Part shown: positions 1 to 12,952 of the stretch, one piece after another
Layout: every line of letters starts with the position of its first letter
How positions within the stretch are numbered: position 1 is the stretch's first letter
Assembly (NCBI GenBank): GCA_964016885.1
Contig: OZ024741.1
Location: 366,358,001 to 366,422,000, forward strand
Reading direction: 5' to 3'
DNA from: Eledone cirrhosa
Taxonomy: Eukaryota
DNA: 64,000 nt
Position numbers and translations under genes: made by a program
Notes under the pieces: model-generated
Told to the model about the DNA's origin: nothing
What the model saw: the letters and a program-made list of their open reading frames with translations, nothing else
The model's database searches: none

Positions 1-211
1 ATTTACTTATTTATATACATTTTCACATATATATACATACTTATGGACGTTTTTAGACACATTCATTATCGCATATTTGTACCTATTCTCATCAGCATAT
101 CTTTTCATTATTAGTATGGTAATTTAAGGTTATTAATATATGTTGAAAAGAGATTGTTTTTATATTTTTCTAACTAGATTAAGGTTTATATAGTTGGGGG
201 ATGTCCCTCTT

Positions 212-2533
212 TTATGTAATATTCGGCTTGTAGTGGGAAAAAAGGGTTTTAGTTCTGTGACGGCAGAATAATGTTCGTTCAATTCTGTTATTCAGCAGTT
301 TCTTCTTGTGTGTGATTATGTAATAAATCTCAAGATTACACAATTTGCAGAAATTTTGGCTCCTGGAAAAGCTTTGGGTTTTAGCTAATTTTTCCCATTT
401 TAGGGTAAACTTTTGATTGCTATCCCTGAGCGTCCAAGCTTTCTCTGCTAAAGTTGTTACATTTCTTTGGCTCTGGTGTTTTATTGAGTAAGAATGCCTA
501 TACAATCGAGATTTAAACGATGTTGCCGTTGATCCCACGTAATACCACTCGTTGCCTCCGGATTTAATGGTACACTTATAAATAATATTTTTTTCCAGGC
601 AGTTATTGCCGAGGGGGCAGTTGTCAGGATAGGTGCAGTTACAGTTGTGTACGTTGGATTTTCTCTGGAGTAGTATTGCGGACGAACTTAGGTGTGGTTT
701 ATTTATGTTCTGTAGTGTATTGTCTACTGTTTTTTTGGGGTTCTTTGTACTTAAGTTCTTAGTGTTTTCGTTTAACCTTCTAGTATTGATCTTTTTTATG
801 TGTTGTTCAAGGTTTAACGCTGTAGAGTATGACAGTCTTATAGTGGTAGGGTTTAGGATTTTGTGGTATTTGTGTGATGTGGGAAAATGTCTTTTAATTA
901 TTTTAAAGAAGAGTACTGGTAAATTTGTACTAATGGAGCTATTGTATTCGGGGTTATACCATAAGTACTCTTTGCATCGCTTTCTATTAGTTTTGTTTGT
1001 TGGTTTACTGGTGTGCATACTATGGTAGTAAGTGTGGTTTGGTGTTGTGTTATTATATCTACCTATGTGGGATTTATTTTGGGTGTTTTGATTGTTCCCA
1101 TCTATGTACTCTATTTTGTTGAGGTAGCCTGCTTTACTAAGGGCGTTATCGTAGTACTCGGCGTGTTCCTTAAATACTTGTATGTTAGAAGATAGACCCG
1201 AGATTCTAAGGGAAATATTTTTAGGGATAGATTTAATTATAGAGATGGGGTGGTTAGACCCAACATTTACGTATTTGAGATTTTCATTCAATTTATGAAA
1301 CGGTTTAATCAAACCAGAGTTTAAATTGAGTGTGACATCCAGGAAGTTAACTACTTTAAGGTTGTATTCATATGTTATAGTTAGTCCTATTTCGAGTAGT
1401 AGTTTTCTTATATCTTTGCGTAGTTTTTCTAGTTTTTGGTTATTAAGGTTTTTAGCTAGGAGGAGAACATCGTCGCGGTATATTCCGCCGTGGAGATTGC
1501 TGAATTTTTCCTGGAGTCTAAAGGCGATAAATAACCCCACAATATCAGTTATTTCCGCCGAATCGTTAGAGCCCATTGTTATGTCAAAGTTAGAGGGTCT
1601 ATCTTTACGTACCCAATAACTGTTCTCAAATTTGACTATAGTTTTCCTAGCTTCTAATATAATCTTAATTTCATCGTTTGTAAGGTCGGAGTTATCCTTA
1701 GCAAACTTAATGGCTCTATTCAAAGTTTCAGGTGATATCGATGAGTAATATTCATCGATATCAAACTGGATAAACTTAGATTTATTCTTATTGCTAATGC
1801 TATTAAACCATCTTATTGCTTCTTGGGTCTTCCCCCAGAGTTTAATGTTAACCTTAGCCTTAATTTGGGGGATGATTCTATCTAAGATATATTTGCTTAT
1901 TTTACCTATATCTGATTTAGAGGGGCAGATTAATCTAATTTTAGGGTCATTATCAAAGTTTACCTTGTGGTCCTTAAGATTGAAAGTGGGTACCGCCGGT
2001 AAGAGTGGTCCTGTCCTATCTTCGATTCCGAGATTTTTCACTATTTCGCATGCCTCATCATTGATGTGCTTAAGGGTTACTTCACTCGTTTTTCTATATT
2101 TTTTATGTAATTCTTTTCGAATGAAGTTGTTGTATGTAGTGCAATCCATAGTGTACAGGTTTGATGTTTTGTCCGCTTTTACTACAATTCCTTTGGTGTT
2201 TTTAAGGTCGTCCAGTAGTTTTTTTATATCTTTCTGTAATTTGCTGTTGGTGTTGCGTCCTTTGAATTTAATTTTAAGGATTAAGTTCATATGGTCCTGC
2301 TCAAATGCATCTAATAGTGGGTTGGTGGGTGGGTTTTTACAAGTCCTAAAACCGAATTTTTTGTTTACACCACTTTCTAATGTTGAGTTCATACGGCTTC
2401 TATCATAGTGGAGCGTTTTCCACCTGACACGTCGAATGAATTCATTAGTTTTTTGAATCATGCTCAATAAATATTCCTTTCTACCTTGGGTTGGTATGTT
2501 TTTGAGTGACATATCCAGGTAGTGTTTTTCCAT
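212..2533 (-). CDS. Penelope-like element polyprotein (RT + GIY-YIG endonuclease), Naiad-type, intact
   Basis: Uninterrupted 773-aa ORF. N-terminal SLKNIP, KADKT, LKDHK, RLICP, QFDIDEYY, MGS..SAE, YRDD catalytic motif, FLDV, CxCx5C linker (CNCTYPDNCPLGNNC), GIY-YIG-like IIYKC..YYVGST..FKSRL, C-terminal CKLCNLE..CRH. Confidence 0.95.
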   Translation of the reverse strand: MEKHYLDMSLKNIPTQGRKEYLLSMIQKTNEFIRRVRWKTLHYDRSRMNSTLESGVNKKFGFRTCKNPPTNPLLDAFEQDHMNLILKIKFKGRNTNSKLQKDIKKLLDDLKNTKGIVVKADKTSNLYTMDCTTYNNFIRKELHKKYRKTSEVTLKHINDEACEIVKNLGIEDRTGPLLPAVPTFNLKDHKVNFDNDPKIRLICPSKSDIGKISKYILDRIIPQIKAKVNIKLWGKTQEAIRWFNSISNKNKSKFIQFDIDEYYSSISPETLNRAIKFAKDNSDLTNDEIKIILEARKTIVKFENSYWVRKDRPSNFDITMGSNDSAEITDIVGLFIAFRLQEKFSNLHGGIYRDDVLLLAKNLNNQKLEKLRKDIRKLLLEIGLTITYEYNLKVVNFLDVTLNLNSGLIKPFHKLNENLKYVNVGSNHPISIIKSIPKNISLRISGLSSNIQVFKEHAEYYDNALSKAGYLNKIEYIDGNNQNTQNKSHIGRYNNTTPNHTYYHSMHTSKPTNKTNRKRCKEYLWYNPEYNSSISTNLPVLFFKIIKRHFPTSHKYHKILNPTTIRLSYSTALNLEQHIKKINTRRLNENTKNLSTKNPKKTVDNTLQNINKPHLSSSAILLQRKSNVHNCNCTYPDNCPLGNNCLEKNIIYKCTIKSGGNEWYYVGSTATSFKSRLYRHSYSIKHQSQRNVTTLAEKAWTLRDSNQKFTLKWEKLAKTQSFSRSQNFCKLCNLEIYYIITHKKKLLNNRIERTLFCRHRTKTLFSHYKPNIT

Positions 2534-3444
2534 TGTTGTGGTTGCGTTTGCTGTGTGGGTTGCTCGACTTTACAGGAGGTAAATATACAGTTTTTTCCGT
2601 TGTGTTGTAATATAAATATTACACACAGTAGATTATCAGCTCACGTAGAGTTTGCTCGACGGTTCCAGTTGTAGTTCCAAAAGTAATCCGGAGAAAAATA
2701 GAAAGATTTGAATGGATACAGTTTAGTTGAAAGGAATTTATTGACACGTGTTTCTATAACAGTTACATAACCTAAAACAGCTATCTACAAACTTTTAGTT
2801 ATGCAGACATTCAATATTTCAATGTTATTGTTTACTGTCATTTCATCAGAATAATATTACTGAGGACCTATTTAGTTTTTATAGAGAATATTAGGAGGAA
2901 GGGGTGAAGTTGTTAGAAGAATAGTTGAAGGAGTGGTTTTTCGATAGCAGTGAGAATTCTTGGTGGCAGTGATTAATTAGATTCCCATCTGTTGTTTTGA
3001 CATTTTTTATAGAATATATTATTGGTTATTTTTCTAAATCTATAGAAGGATTAGAGATAGTAAAGATATGCGTGGTTGGTTTTGTGTTTGCACTTAACAT
3101 TCAGACTTAAATTTTTCTTTCAAGTGTACGTATTCTTTCACCCACGCATTCACACACAAATATATTTGCACACCTCTACAAAATACATATACTCACAATT
3201 CACATATTCATACTTACATATATATACACATGCATACACATATATATACACACATGTATTCATGTACATACATACGCGCTCATGTGTATACATTTTCATA
3301 CTCAACTTATCTTTATATATACACACGTATAGACACACACATATATACATACATACTCTAGTCCATGTGTACACACATACACATACATACACATCCATAT
3401 ACACATACATACATACACACATATATATACATACATACATATAC

Positions 3445-3489
<45 letters not shown>

Positions 3490-3490
3490 C

Positions 3491-3539
<49 letters not shown>

Positions 3540-4152
3540 AGCACTTTAATACATGAATACACTTACATCTAACTATACACATCAAACATATATATATATT
3601 TACTTATTTATATACATTTTCACATATATATACATACTTATGGACGTTTTTAGACACATTCATTATCGCATATTTGTACCTATTCTCATCAGCATATCTT
3701 TTCATTATTAGTATGGTAATTTAAGGTTATTAATATATGTTGAAAAGAGATTGTTTTTATATTTTTCTAACTAGATTAAGGTTTATATAGTTGGGGGATG
3801 TCCCTCTTTTATGTAATATTCGGCTTGTAGTGGGAAAAAAGGGTTTTAGTTCTGTGACGGCAGAATAATGTTCGTTCAATTCTGTTATTCAGCAGTTTCT
3901 TCTTGTGTGTGATTATGTAATAAATCTCAAGATTACACAATTTGCAGAAATATATATATTAATAACCTTAAATTACCATACTAATAATGAAAAGATATGC
4001 TGATGAGAATAGGTACAAATATGCGATAATGAATGTGTCTAAAAACGTCCATAAGTATGTATATATATGTGAAAATGTATATAAATAAGTAAATATATAT
4101 ATATGTTTGATGTGTATAGTTAGATGTAAGTGTATTCATGTATTAAAGTGCT

Positions 4153-4201
<49 letters not shown>

Positions 4202-4202
4202 G

Positions 4203-4247
<45 letters not shown>

Positions 4248-4838
4248 GTATATGTATGTATGTATATATATGTGTGTATGTATGTATGTGTATATGGATG
4301 TGTATGTATGTGTATGTGTGTACACATGGACTAGAGTATGTATGTATATATGTGTGTGTCTATACGTGTGTATATATAAAGATAAGTTGAGTATGAAAAT
4401 GTATACACATGAGCGCGTATGTATGTACATGAATACATGTGTGTATATATATGTGTATGCATGTGTATATATATGTAAGTATGAATATGTGAATTGTGAG
4501 TATATGTATTTTGTAGAGGTGTGCAAATATATTTGTGTGTGAATGCGTGGGTGAAAGAATACGTACACTTGAAAGAAAAATTTAAGTCTGAATGTTAAGT
4601 GCAAACACAAAACCAACCACGCATATCTTTACTATCTCTAATCCTTCTATAGATTTAGAAAAATAACCAATAATATATTCTATAAAAAATGTCAAAACAA
4701 CAGATGGGAATCTAATTAATCACTGCCACCAAGAATTCTCACTGCTATCGAAAAACCACTCCTTCAACTATTCTTCTAACAACTTCACCCCTTCCTCCTA
4801 ATATTCTCTATAAAAACTAAATAGGTCCTCAGTAATAT

Positions 4839-4884
4839 TATTCTGATGAAATGACAGTAAACAATAACATTGAAATATTGAATG
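4839..4884 (+). ncRNA. Hammerhead-like motif in PLE1 pLTR (mirror copy 2808-2853 on -)
   Basis: tatt CTGATGA aatg..catt GAAA tattg aatg. Stem II pairs, but the best stem I register puts G at position 17, so the fold is imperfect. Confidence 0.45.
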
Positions 4885-5101
4885 TCTGCATAACTAAAAG
4901 TTTGTAGATAGCTGTTTTAGGTTATGTAACTGTTATAGAAACACGTGTCAATAAATTCCTTTCAACTAAACTGTATCCATTCAAATCTTTCTATTTTTCT
5001 CCGGATTACTTTTGGAACTACAACTGGAACCGTCGAGCAAACTCTACGTGAGCTGATAATCTACTGTGTGTAATATTTATATTACAACACAACGGAAAAA
5101 A

Positions 5102-5155
<54 letters not shown>

Positions 5156-5169
5156 ACAAATATATGTAT

Positions 5170-5314
<145 letters not shown>

Positions 5315-5337
5315 CACACATTTAAAAAAAAGGAAAA

Positions 5338-5492
5338 GAATGATGACTTCACTTATAGTTCTAAACAATTTGATTTAATTTTATGATATTATGATTTTAC
5401 AATTTGGTTTTGTAGATCTACAAAACCAAATTGTAAAATCATAATATTGTAAAATTAAATCAAATTGTTTAGAACTATAAGTGAAATCATTC
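5338..5492. repeat. Loopless palindrome, ~75-bp arms
   Basis: Centre tgtaga|tctaca at 5416/5417. The adjacent 5493-5598 matches 31646-31726 in reverse complement. Confidence 0.9.
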
Positions 5493-5685
5493 TATAAAAG
5501 ATACAGAAGCGAAAAGCAATCCAAACCAAACAGTGAGTGTGTTTTATTATTATTTCTGGCAATATTATAACAATATGACCCTCCCCAAATATAACAATAT
5601 ATATATATATATATAATCCTTATAGAGCCCTTCTTCAGATTTTAGTCCTCACATTTATTATTACTATGTATATATATATATATAA

Positions 5686-5900
5686 GGCGTGTGGCTGAGT
5701 GGTTAGAGAATTGGATTCGCAATCGTAAGGTTGTGAGTTCGATTCCTGGACCAGGCGATGCGTTATGTCCTTGAGCAAGACACTTTATTTCATGTTGCTC
5801 CTTCTACCTGGAGTTGCGACCGATAGATAGTATTATCAATTGGAAAGACCAACGGAAACATTGTTCCCTCGGTCCGATTTGACGAAAGTCGATCGTTCCT
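5686..5900 (+). mobile_element. tRNA-derived SINE, family B (related copies ~6855-7060 +, 29808-30120 +, 56840-57045 -, 60485-60760 +)
   Basis: A-box gtggctgagtggtt, B-box gagttcgattcc, core gtccttgagcaagacactttatttca shared among copies. Confidence 0.8.
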
Positions 5901-5920
5901 AAATATATATATATATATAT

Positions 5921-6560
5921 ATAGGATCAGCTTGTTTTCTTTTCGGTTCATTTTAATCGGTACTGGCTGAATGAGTCTACATATCGGGTTAACCATGAAT
6001 TTATCCTCATGGTCCTTAAGTGTTATATAAACCTCCCTCTTCGCTAGGCATTCTAATCTATTTTCTATCATGATAGTAGTGCCGATGTATTTAGCCTCAT
6101 CGTTAATAGAATTGTATGTGGTGGGGATCTTCTTTTCTATATTTAGATTGTATTAAGTTGTTTAGTAATTGGCTGTCGGTGGTAGGATCGAGTCCTTAGA
6201 GGTTGTTAGTTTTATACGATAGAACAAAATGCTTCCTGGAGGATTTATATTTTTTATGTCTCTATTTAAATTGTTTTGGAAAGTGATAGAGTTTTTACGG
6301 AAGGTGATGTTTGCTACTAGATTAATTAGATCGGATTCAAAAGTGGCGAGTCCATTTACCTTCGGTGGGTACTTCGTAGATATTAGGTCGAACGTATTCA
6401 CTGTGCCAGATAATTTTCCATCAAACGCTAATGTGCACCATTAATGACTTTAACCACATCCTCGACATTCTGCAGAATGGGGTAGGAATGTTCTTTAGGA
6501 GTAATCTATTTGTAGTATGAGTGAACCTGGATAGGAAAAAGGGCTCGACTGGGGAATAGC
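5921..6560 (-). pseudogene. Decayed PLE 5' fragment (N-terminal RT region)
   Basis: Frameshifted pieces KNIPTP, PPKVNGLATFESDLINLVANITFR and YITLKDHEDKFMVNPICRLI, homologous to the PLE1/PLE2 N-termini. Confidence 0.85.
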
Positions 6561-7769
6561 GTTGCCAATCTTCCAGAAGAATTTGCAGAACATGTTCTAG
6601 GAGACAAAATGTATATACATATGTGTATGTGTATGCTTGTGAGTGAGTGAATATGAGTGTATGTGCGTGTGTGCGTGTGCGTGTGTGCGCCTGTGGGTGT
6701 GTGTGTGTGTGTGCGTGTGTGTGTGTGTGTACAGCATTATTACTTCTGATATCACCAGTGTTGCCACTTATATTCCATTTTTCATGGTGTTATTCTTTAG
6801 CTTAGAAATCTTAGGTAAAAATCGTTAGAAAATCAATATAAGAAGACTTCAAATGGTAGTCTCTAATAGAGTCAGTTCGCATATATATCTCGTGACCTAA
6901 TCTTTATTTATGATCCAAAGATCATGGGTTTGATTCCTCGACTGGGCGGCGTGTTATATTCTTGAGCAAAACCCTTGATTTTACGCTGCTCCTCCTGCCT
7001 GGAATTACTCGGAAAGATCAATGGAAATTACGTTTCTTTGTTCTGATCTATTGATCGGTTTCCTTCATTTCCTTTAATATTTTGAAGGCATAGCTACAGG
7101 CACTGGAGATGAAAGCCAATTCAACTCGTTAAAGGTGTAAGAGAAGAGGGGTTACTTCTACGTCAAAGGCGTAGGAAACTGAACAGTTAAACGAGCGCAG
7201 GCATGACTGAGGAATTAAGAAGTCTGCTTAACAATCATGAAGTCTTGAGTTCGAACATACTGCATGACTTCTTTGGCAAGTACCTTTACCATAGCATTAT
7301 ATCAACTCATTCCTTGCATGTTAAATTGGATAGATGGACAATGTGTGGAAACCCGCCGAAGGACTTATCCATATGTCATAAAGAAAGCCTCAAATCACAT
7401 CCTACTTTCATTAAAAAAAAGCGAAGAAAACATTAGATAATGACAAGATAGCCACGATTGGAAGATGTTTTATTTTTGTTACATTTTAGTCAAAGAGGAA
7501 GGGCCCATAAACTTTAATATTTCAGGCCCTTTGAGTCTGGTGGAAGGGAGGAAGTTATTCTCAAACCGAAGACCTAACACGAAATCATGAAATATAGTGA
7601 AAACAGCTACAGCACACGAGAGCTAAGTGATGCTGTTAACTGAGTGAAAGATTAAGCCTACTGGATTAAGCTCATCTGATGATAAACAACAAATTTGATG
7701 TAATTATCCACCCACAGAAACAATTATCACATAAGCCAAACTATTGTAATTTCTACATTTTGAAATATA

Positions 7770-8600
7770 CGAGGTTTGTCAGAAAAGTAACAGGACTTGG
7801 TATGCTGTGTGAGCTATGAATGGGGTAGACATCAGCCTATTATGTCACTATGTGACGTAATATCCGGCAAGTATATAACTGCGATCTCAGTTCTCTTCAG
7901 CTATTGCATGTTTTTCTTGTGCTTTTGTTAATAGCTTCTCAATTTTAGGCCGTCTACCGATGGACACAAAGCAACGAATCAACCTGAAGTTCCTGGTTCG
8001 GTTGGGGAAAACTCCTTCAAAAGCATTTGGAATACTGCAGCAAGTGTACAGAGATGAGACGATGTTGTGCACATGTGTTTCCGAGTGTCACAAAAGATTC
8101 AAAGGGACGCAAGAAAGCAACACAGTCAAAGTCCAAAGTCAAACTCATGTTGATCATGTTCTTCCATATGAGAGGCATCATGCACATAGAGTTCTTGCCA
8201 ACAGAGCCAGACGATTAACCAGCATGTCTACATAGAGATCCTGCGACGTTTGCTTCGTTCAGTGCCAGAGAAGAGGTGACAGTTGGGGCAGGACAACTCG
8301 TGGCTGCTTCATGACGACTACACGCCGGCTCACAACACGCTCAGCATCCGGCAGTTCCTGGCTGAGAAGAACATCGTCGTGCTGGAGCAACCTCCCTACT
8401 CTCTTGGCTTGGCTCCACGCGAGTTTTTTCCTTTACCCCATGTTCCAGCAGTACATCTAGGTGTGGTAGAGAAGGACTAGAAACTGTATCAGACTCGATG
8501 GGAATGATTTCGAAGGGGAAAGCTTGTAGTTTGTAGTTTGTAGTTTGTATTTGAAATATATTTTTTGCGACCCCAGTTGTTTCTTTTCTGCCACACCTCG
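7770..8600 (+). mobile_element. Internally deleted mariner transposon
   Basis: TA-flanked imperfect TIRs cgaggtttgtcagaaaagtaac / gtttcttttctgccacacctcg. Transposase pieces QRINLKFLVRLGKT, SKVKLMLIMFF..RGIMHIEFLP, WLLHDD..PAH and QPPYSLGLAP (YSPDLAP-like). Confidence 0.92.
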
Positions 8601-8642
8601 TACATACAAACAAACACACACACACACACACGTACACACACG

Positions 8643-8722
<80 letters not shown>

Positions 8723-9082
8723 CATTTACATATACATACATTTACATATACATATATATATGTGTGTGTGTGTGCGTATATGTTTTGCGATTGAATTACA
8801 AAACCTGATTATAACATGGCCCATTTTATTAACTTTATAAACGGAAACATCGGAAAATTTATTTATTTATTTACCTCAAAGTTTCATTAAATGGGACATG
8901 TCTTATATTTTCCAGTAAATATATCATAAATGAACTGTATAAAAGAAACAGGGAAAATATTATATAGATTCATATATAGGCTTTTATACGAAAGCTGATT
9001 TGATCTTAGAACCCGTGCTTAATTCAATTTCAAAAATTGCTGAAATTTCTGAATAGAGCAGTGCATCATTTTAGAGTAACTC

Positions 9083-9190
<108 letters not shown>

Positions 9191-9245
9191 TATATATCTA
9201 TGTTTGTTTACTTGTCTCGCTCGCTTTACGCGATGTATTGTCCCA

Positions 9246-9537
9246 ATAGCTTTCTTTAGCTATTGCTCGCATCAACTGAAGGTATATGATTTTTAAAGTG
9301 ATGAAATACCAATGAAGGTTGGAAAATCACTGATGAAGGACTATTTTTATCATATGTAACCCGTGTGCAACCACGCAGTATTCATTATTCTCATGTTTTA
9401 TATATATATATATATATAAAACATGAGTTACATATGATAAAAATAGTCCTTCATCAGTGATTTTCCAACCTTCATTGGTATTTCATCACTTTAAAAATCA
9501 TATACCTTCAGTTGATGCGAGCAATAGCTAAAGAAAG

Positions 9538-9541
<4 letters not shown>
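9246..9541. repeat. Fold-back insert near (TA)n
   Basis: Arms 9246-9360 / 9427-9541, with a nested palindrome ctcatgtttta(TA)n taaaacatgag. Confidence 0.9.
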
Positions 9542-9578
<37 letters not shown>

Positions 9579-9581
<3 letters not shown>

Positions 9582-10151
9582 TGTAACAGACGGAATACCT
9601 ATTTATCAACACCTATGTATCAACACTTCTATTCTTTATCATTTAATATAAAATTCTATAGATAAAATAAGATTTATCAATCCAATTCCCTAAAGCATAT
9701 ACCAGCAGGCTACCAGCATTGTTGTTATACAGTAGCAGGAAAATCTATCTTCCTTACTTGACACTTTATATCTGTATTAATACTACTACACCAAACTACC
9801 AGCCCTGTCCATTGTTCAGCTGGTCAAATATAAATTAATATAGGCACTCCCAAAAATTCTTATTTAGATAAAATAAGCCATATACTCATTGTATTCTCAT
9901 TAAAAACCTTCTATATACTTGTTTACCAGCAAATTGAATTGCCAGCAAATCGAATTGCCATCTGTCATATTCTTTCCCCTCTCGTCTTCCTTTCTTACAA
10001 CTAATATAAATACTTTGATTTTTCTGATTTTTTCCAATTTATCCAATATCTCTGAAGAAATGACAACTGATTTTACATTTGCTATCGATTACGTGCTAAT
10101 ATTATATGATTGCGCAAGCAGCGATACATAGGTATTCCGTCTGTTACAGAA
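9579..10151 (-). mobile_element. Probable decayed PLE fragment bounded by 29-bp inverted repeats
   Basis: ttctgtaacagacggaatacctat(t/g)tatc at both ends, inverted. The interior on - gives KVFNENTMSI and CSSINTDIKCQV, resembling the PLE linker and GIY-YIG start. Confidence 0.5.
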
Positions 10152-10321
10152 ACATATGTCAATACCTAATAAATTCCTTTATAAAAGCACTTTCATTTTA
10201 TATTCATCTTTTCTACATTTCTCCGGAATATAATTTATACTCGTTGAGCAAACCTACATGTACGCTGTTCATCTCTAATGTGACGATATATTATCACTAC
10301 ATTATTGATAACTTGAAATGT

Positions 10322-10781
<460 letters not shown>

Positions 10782-10787
10782 ATATAT

Positions 10788-10899
<112 letters not shown>

Positions 10900-11076
10900 T
10901 ATATTGTTATACTTTAGAAGGTTATGCTGCCAATAAAAACACACACACCAGTTGAATTTCACTTCAATTTATTACTTATTACTAATTTATACTTATTCCT
11001 AGTTAAACTATTTTTCACTGGAAAAAATATGTCAGCATTTTCTTTTCCTTTTTACTAATATATATATATATATAAA

Positions 11077-11198
<122 letters not shown>

Positions 11199-12952
11199 AA
11201 TTAAAATACTAGAGTACGTTGGAGTTAAACACACTCGTCGTATTATAGAAATGACAGTATAAGATATAGCTCAATGTAATATCACAGAGCCGAAAAATTA
11301 TAAAAAATAAACAAAGAGGCCTTCAATACATCAAAAGTCTTTATTAGCCAACAATGTTTCGTCCCATTAATAAGGACTCATCAGGGCAAGTAAAGAGACA
11401 AGAAGCATCAACGGCCAGAGCAACCCAAAACTCATAAAAATAGGGAATTTATATCTATGAAAGCTTAGGAAAGATATCAAGGAAAAGCATGCTAAAGCTA
11501 AAAGTGTGCAGTTACAAATATAGACTATAGGGCAAGAAAGCGAGTAACATGTCAAACCTACGTTGAAAGTACAGTATAATACAAATACATGAAACACAAC
11601 ATGGTAATATAATGTGAGAATTATAATATGATATAGAATACAATATAATGGATAATAAGGAATAAAAAGCTTAATATATGTATATATATATATGTATCCA
11701 TATATATACACATTTACACAAACTCATACTAACACTTATTAAGTATTTAAATATAAATATACTCGTTATAATATGAAAAACCCTTATAATAGAATAAAAT
11801 AATCACCCTGACGTTGTGCATAAACAATACAGAAAACAATAGAATAATATACTGACATCAAAAAATATACAAAACTACATCATACATATTATTTAAGGTC
11901 AATATATTGTATATAAAGTTTTTCACAGGGTAAGAAAAAATATCAAACAAAACTAAAGTATGTTGAAAAAATATATATATAAATACATAAAGTATTGACA
12001 ATAAACACATAGAGGTATAGGCAGTTTACATTAATAAAATATTACAACATATTACAACATATTACAACATATTACAAAACAGTACCTCAAATATCTGACA
12101 TATATTAATATCTATAATTCAATTACATAAAAATAATATGATATATCAATGTTAATATTATAATAGCAGACAGACAGAGTCAATGGAAAATGCTTAAGAC
12201 ATATTTACGCGATTGATATAGGGAGACATATTATGATACAATAACATATGATAGGAAGCATGTGGTAGTAAAAAAATAAATTAAATAAAATGAAGAACAA
12301 AAACAAAAACAAGCACAGTTACGTAGGTATTATAAGTCGTTAGGTAAATATAAATGATATTATTATTCTAAACCCAAGAATTGAATAGAAAACCTTATTA
12401 AATTAATTAATATTAAAATTACTTAGAAGACATTATTGGTCACTTCAAATGGAATAAAGTTTAAGTCATCAAAGTCGTATAAAATTAAGATATTTCAATA
12501 AAAACTATCATGATATATTACGATCCGTTCAGACGAATTACGTTATCAAAGAAAAAACTCTAAATAAAACTATGGTAGACCAATGGGAACAGAAAGAAGT
12601 GAAACTATGGAGGATAGGAAGGAGCATAAAAGTAAAATGTATATATAATATAATATAATAAAAAGGAGCATAAAAGTAAAATTTATATATAATAAATAAA
12701 AAGGGGCGAATATTAAGTGTGGAAAGGAGGAGGTTCATTAGTATTAGATGTAGGAGACTCAAAATTAAACTATTCAATAAAATACAAACTTATAAGGCGA
12801 TAATAGTGAGTAAAAATGTAATAATGTTTAAGATGATAGATAGGGTAAGGTAGCTAATAAGACTATGAAAACTAAAATCGAAAAACCGTAGAAAACCAAT
12901 AATAATGGTAATAGTAACGAACTAAAACCTAAGATATAAGGAAATATAGCAG

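Larger units (their letters stand above)
1..5109 (-). mobile_element. Penelope-like element 1: partial-tandem pseudo-LTR plus inverted terminal segment (3' end runs off the window)
   Basis: 1-354 is directly repeated at 3598-3951. 2583-3738 is inverted at 3954-5109 (the ORF track mirrors at x <-> 7692-x). Ends in (TA)n at 5110. Confidence 0.92.

Noticed and set aside
633-2408. Plus-strand ORFs overlapping PLE1 (likewise over PLE2 and the LINE)
   Set aside because: Antisense shadows of real coding frames with no independent motifs.
212-2533. Selenocysteine recoding, as reported for some Naiad PLEs
   Set aside because: The ORF is open without in-frame TGA, and conserved Cys positions use Cys codons.
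3990-4040. Second hammerhead in the PLE1 repeat (ctgatgagaatagg..cgataatg)
   Set aside because: No GAAA and stem II does not pair convincingly.
5686-5760. Functional tRNA genes at SINE heads
   Set aside because: No complete cloverleaf, and each continues into a multi-copy SINE body.
9325-9365. CTGATGAAGGAC as a hammerhead
   Set aside because: No downstream stem II closure or GAAA. At most a truncated half.
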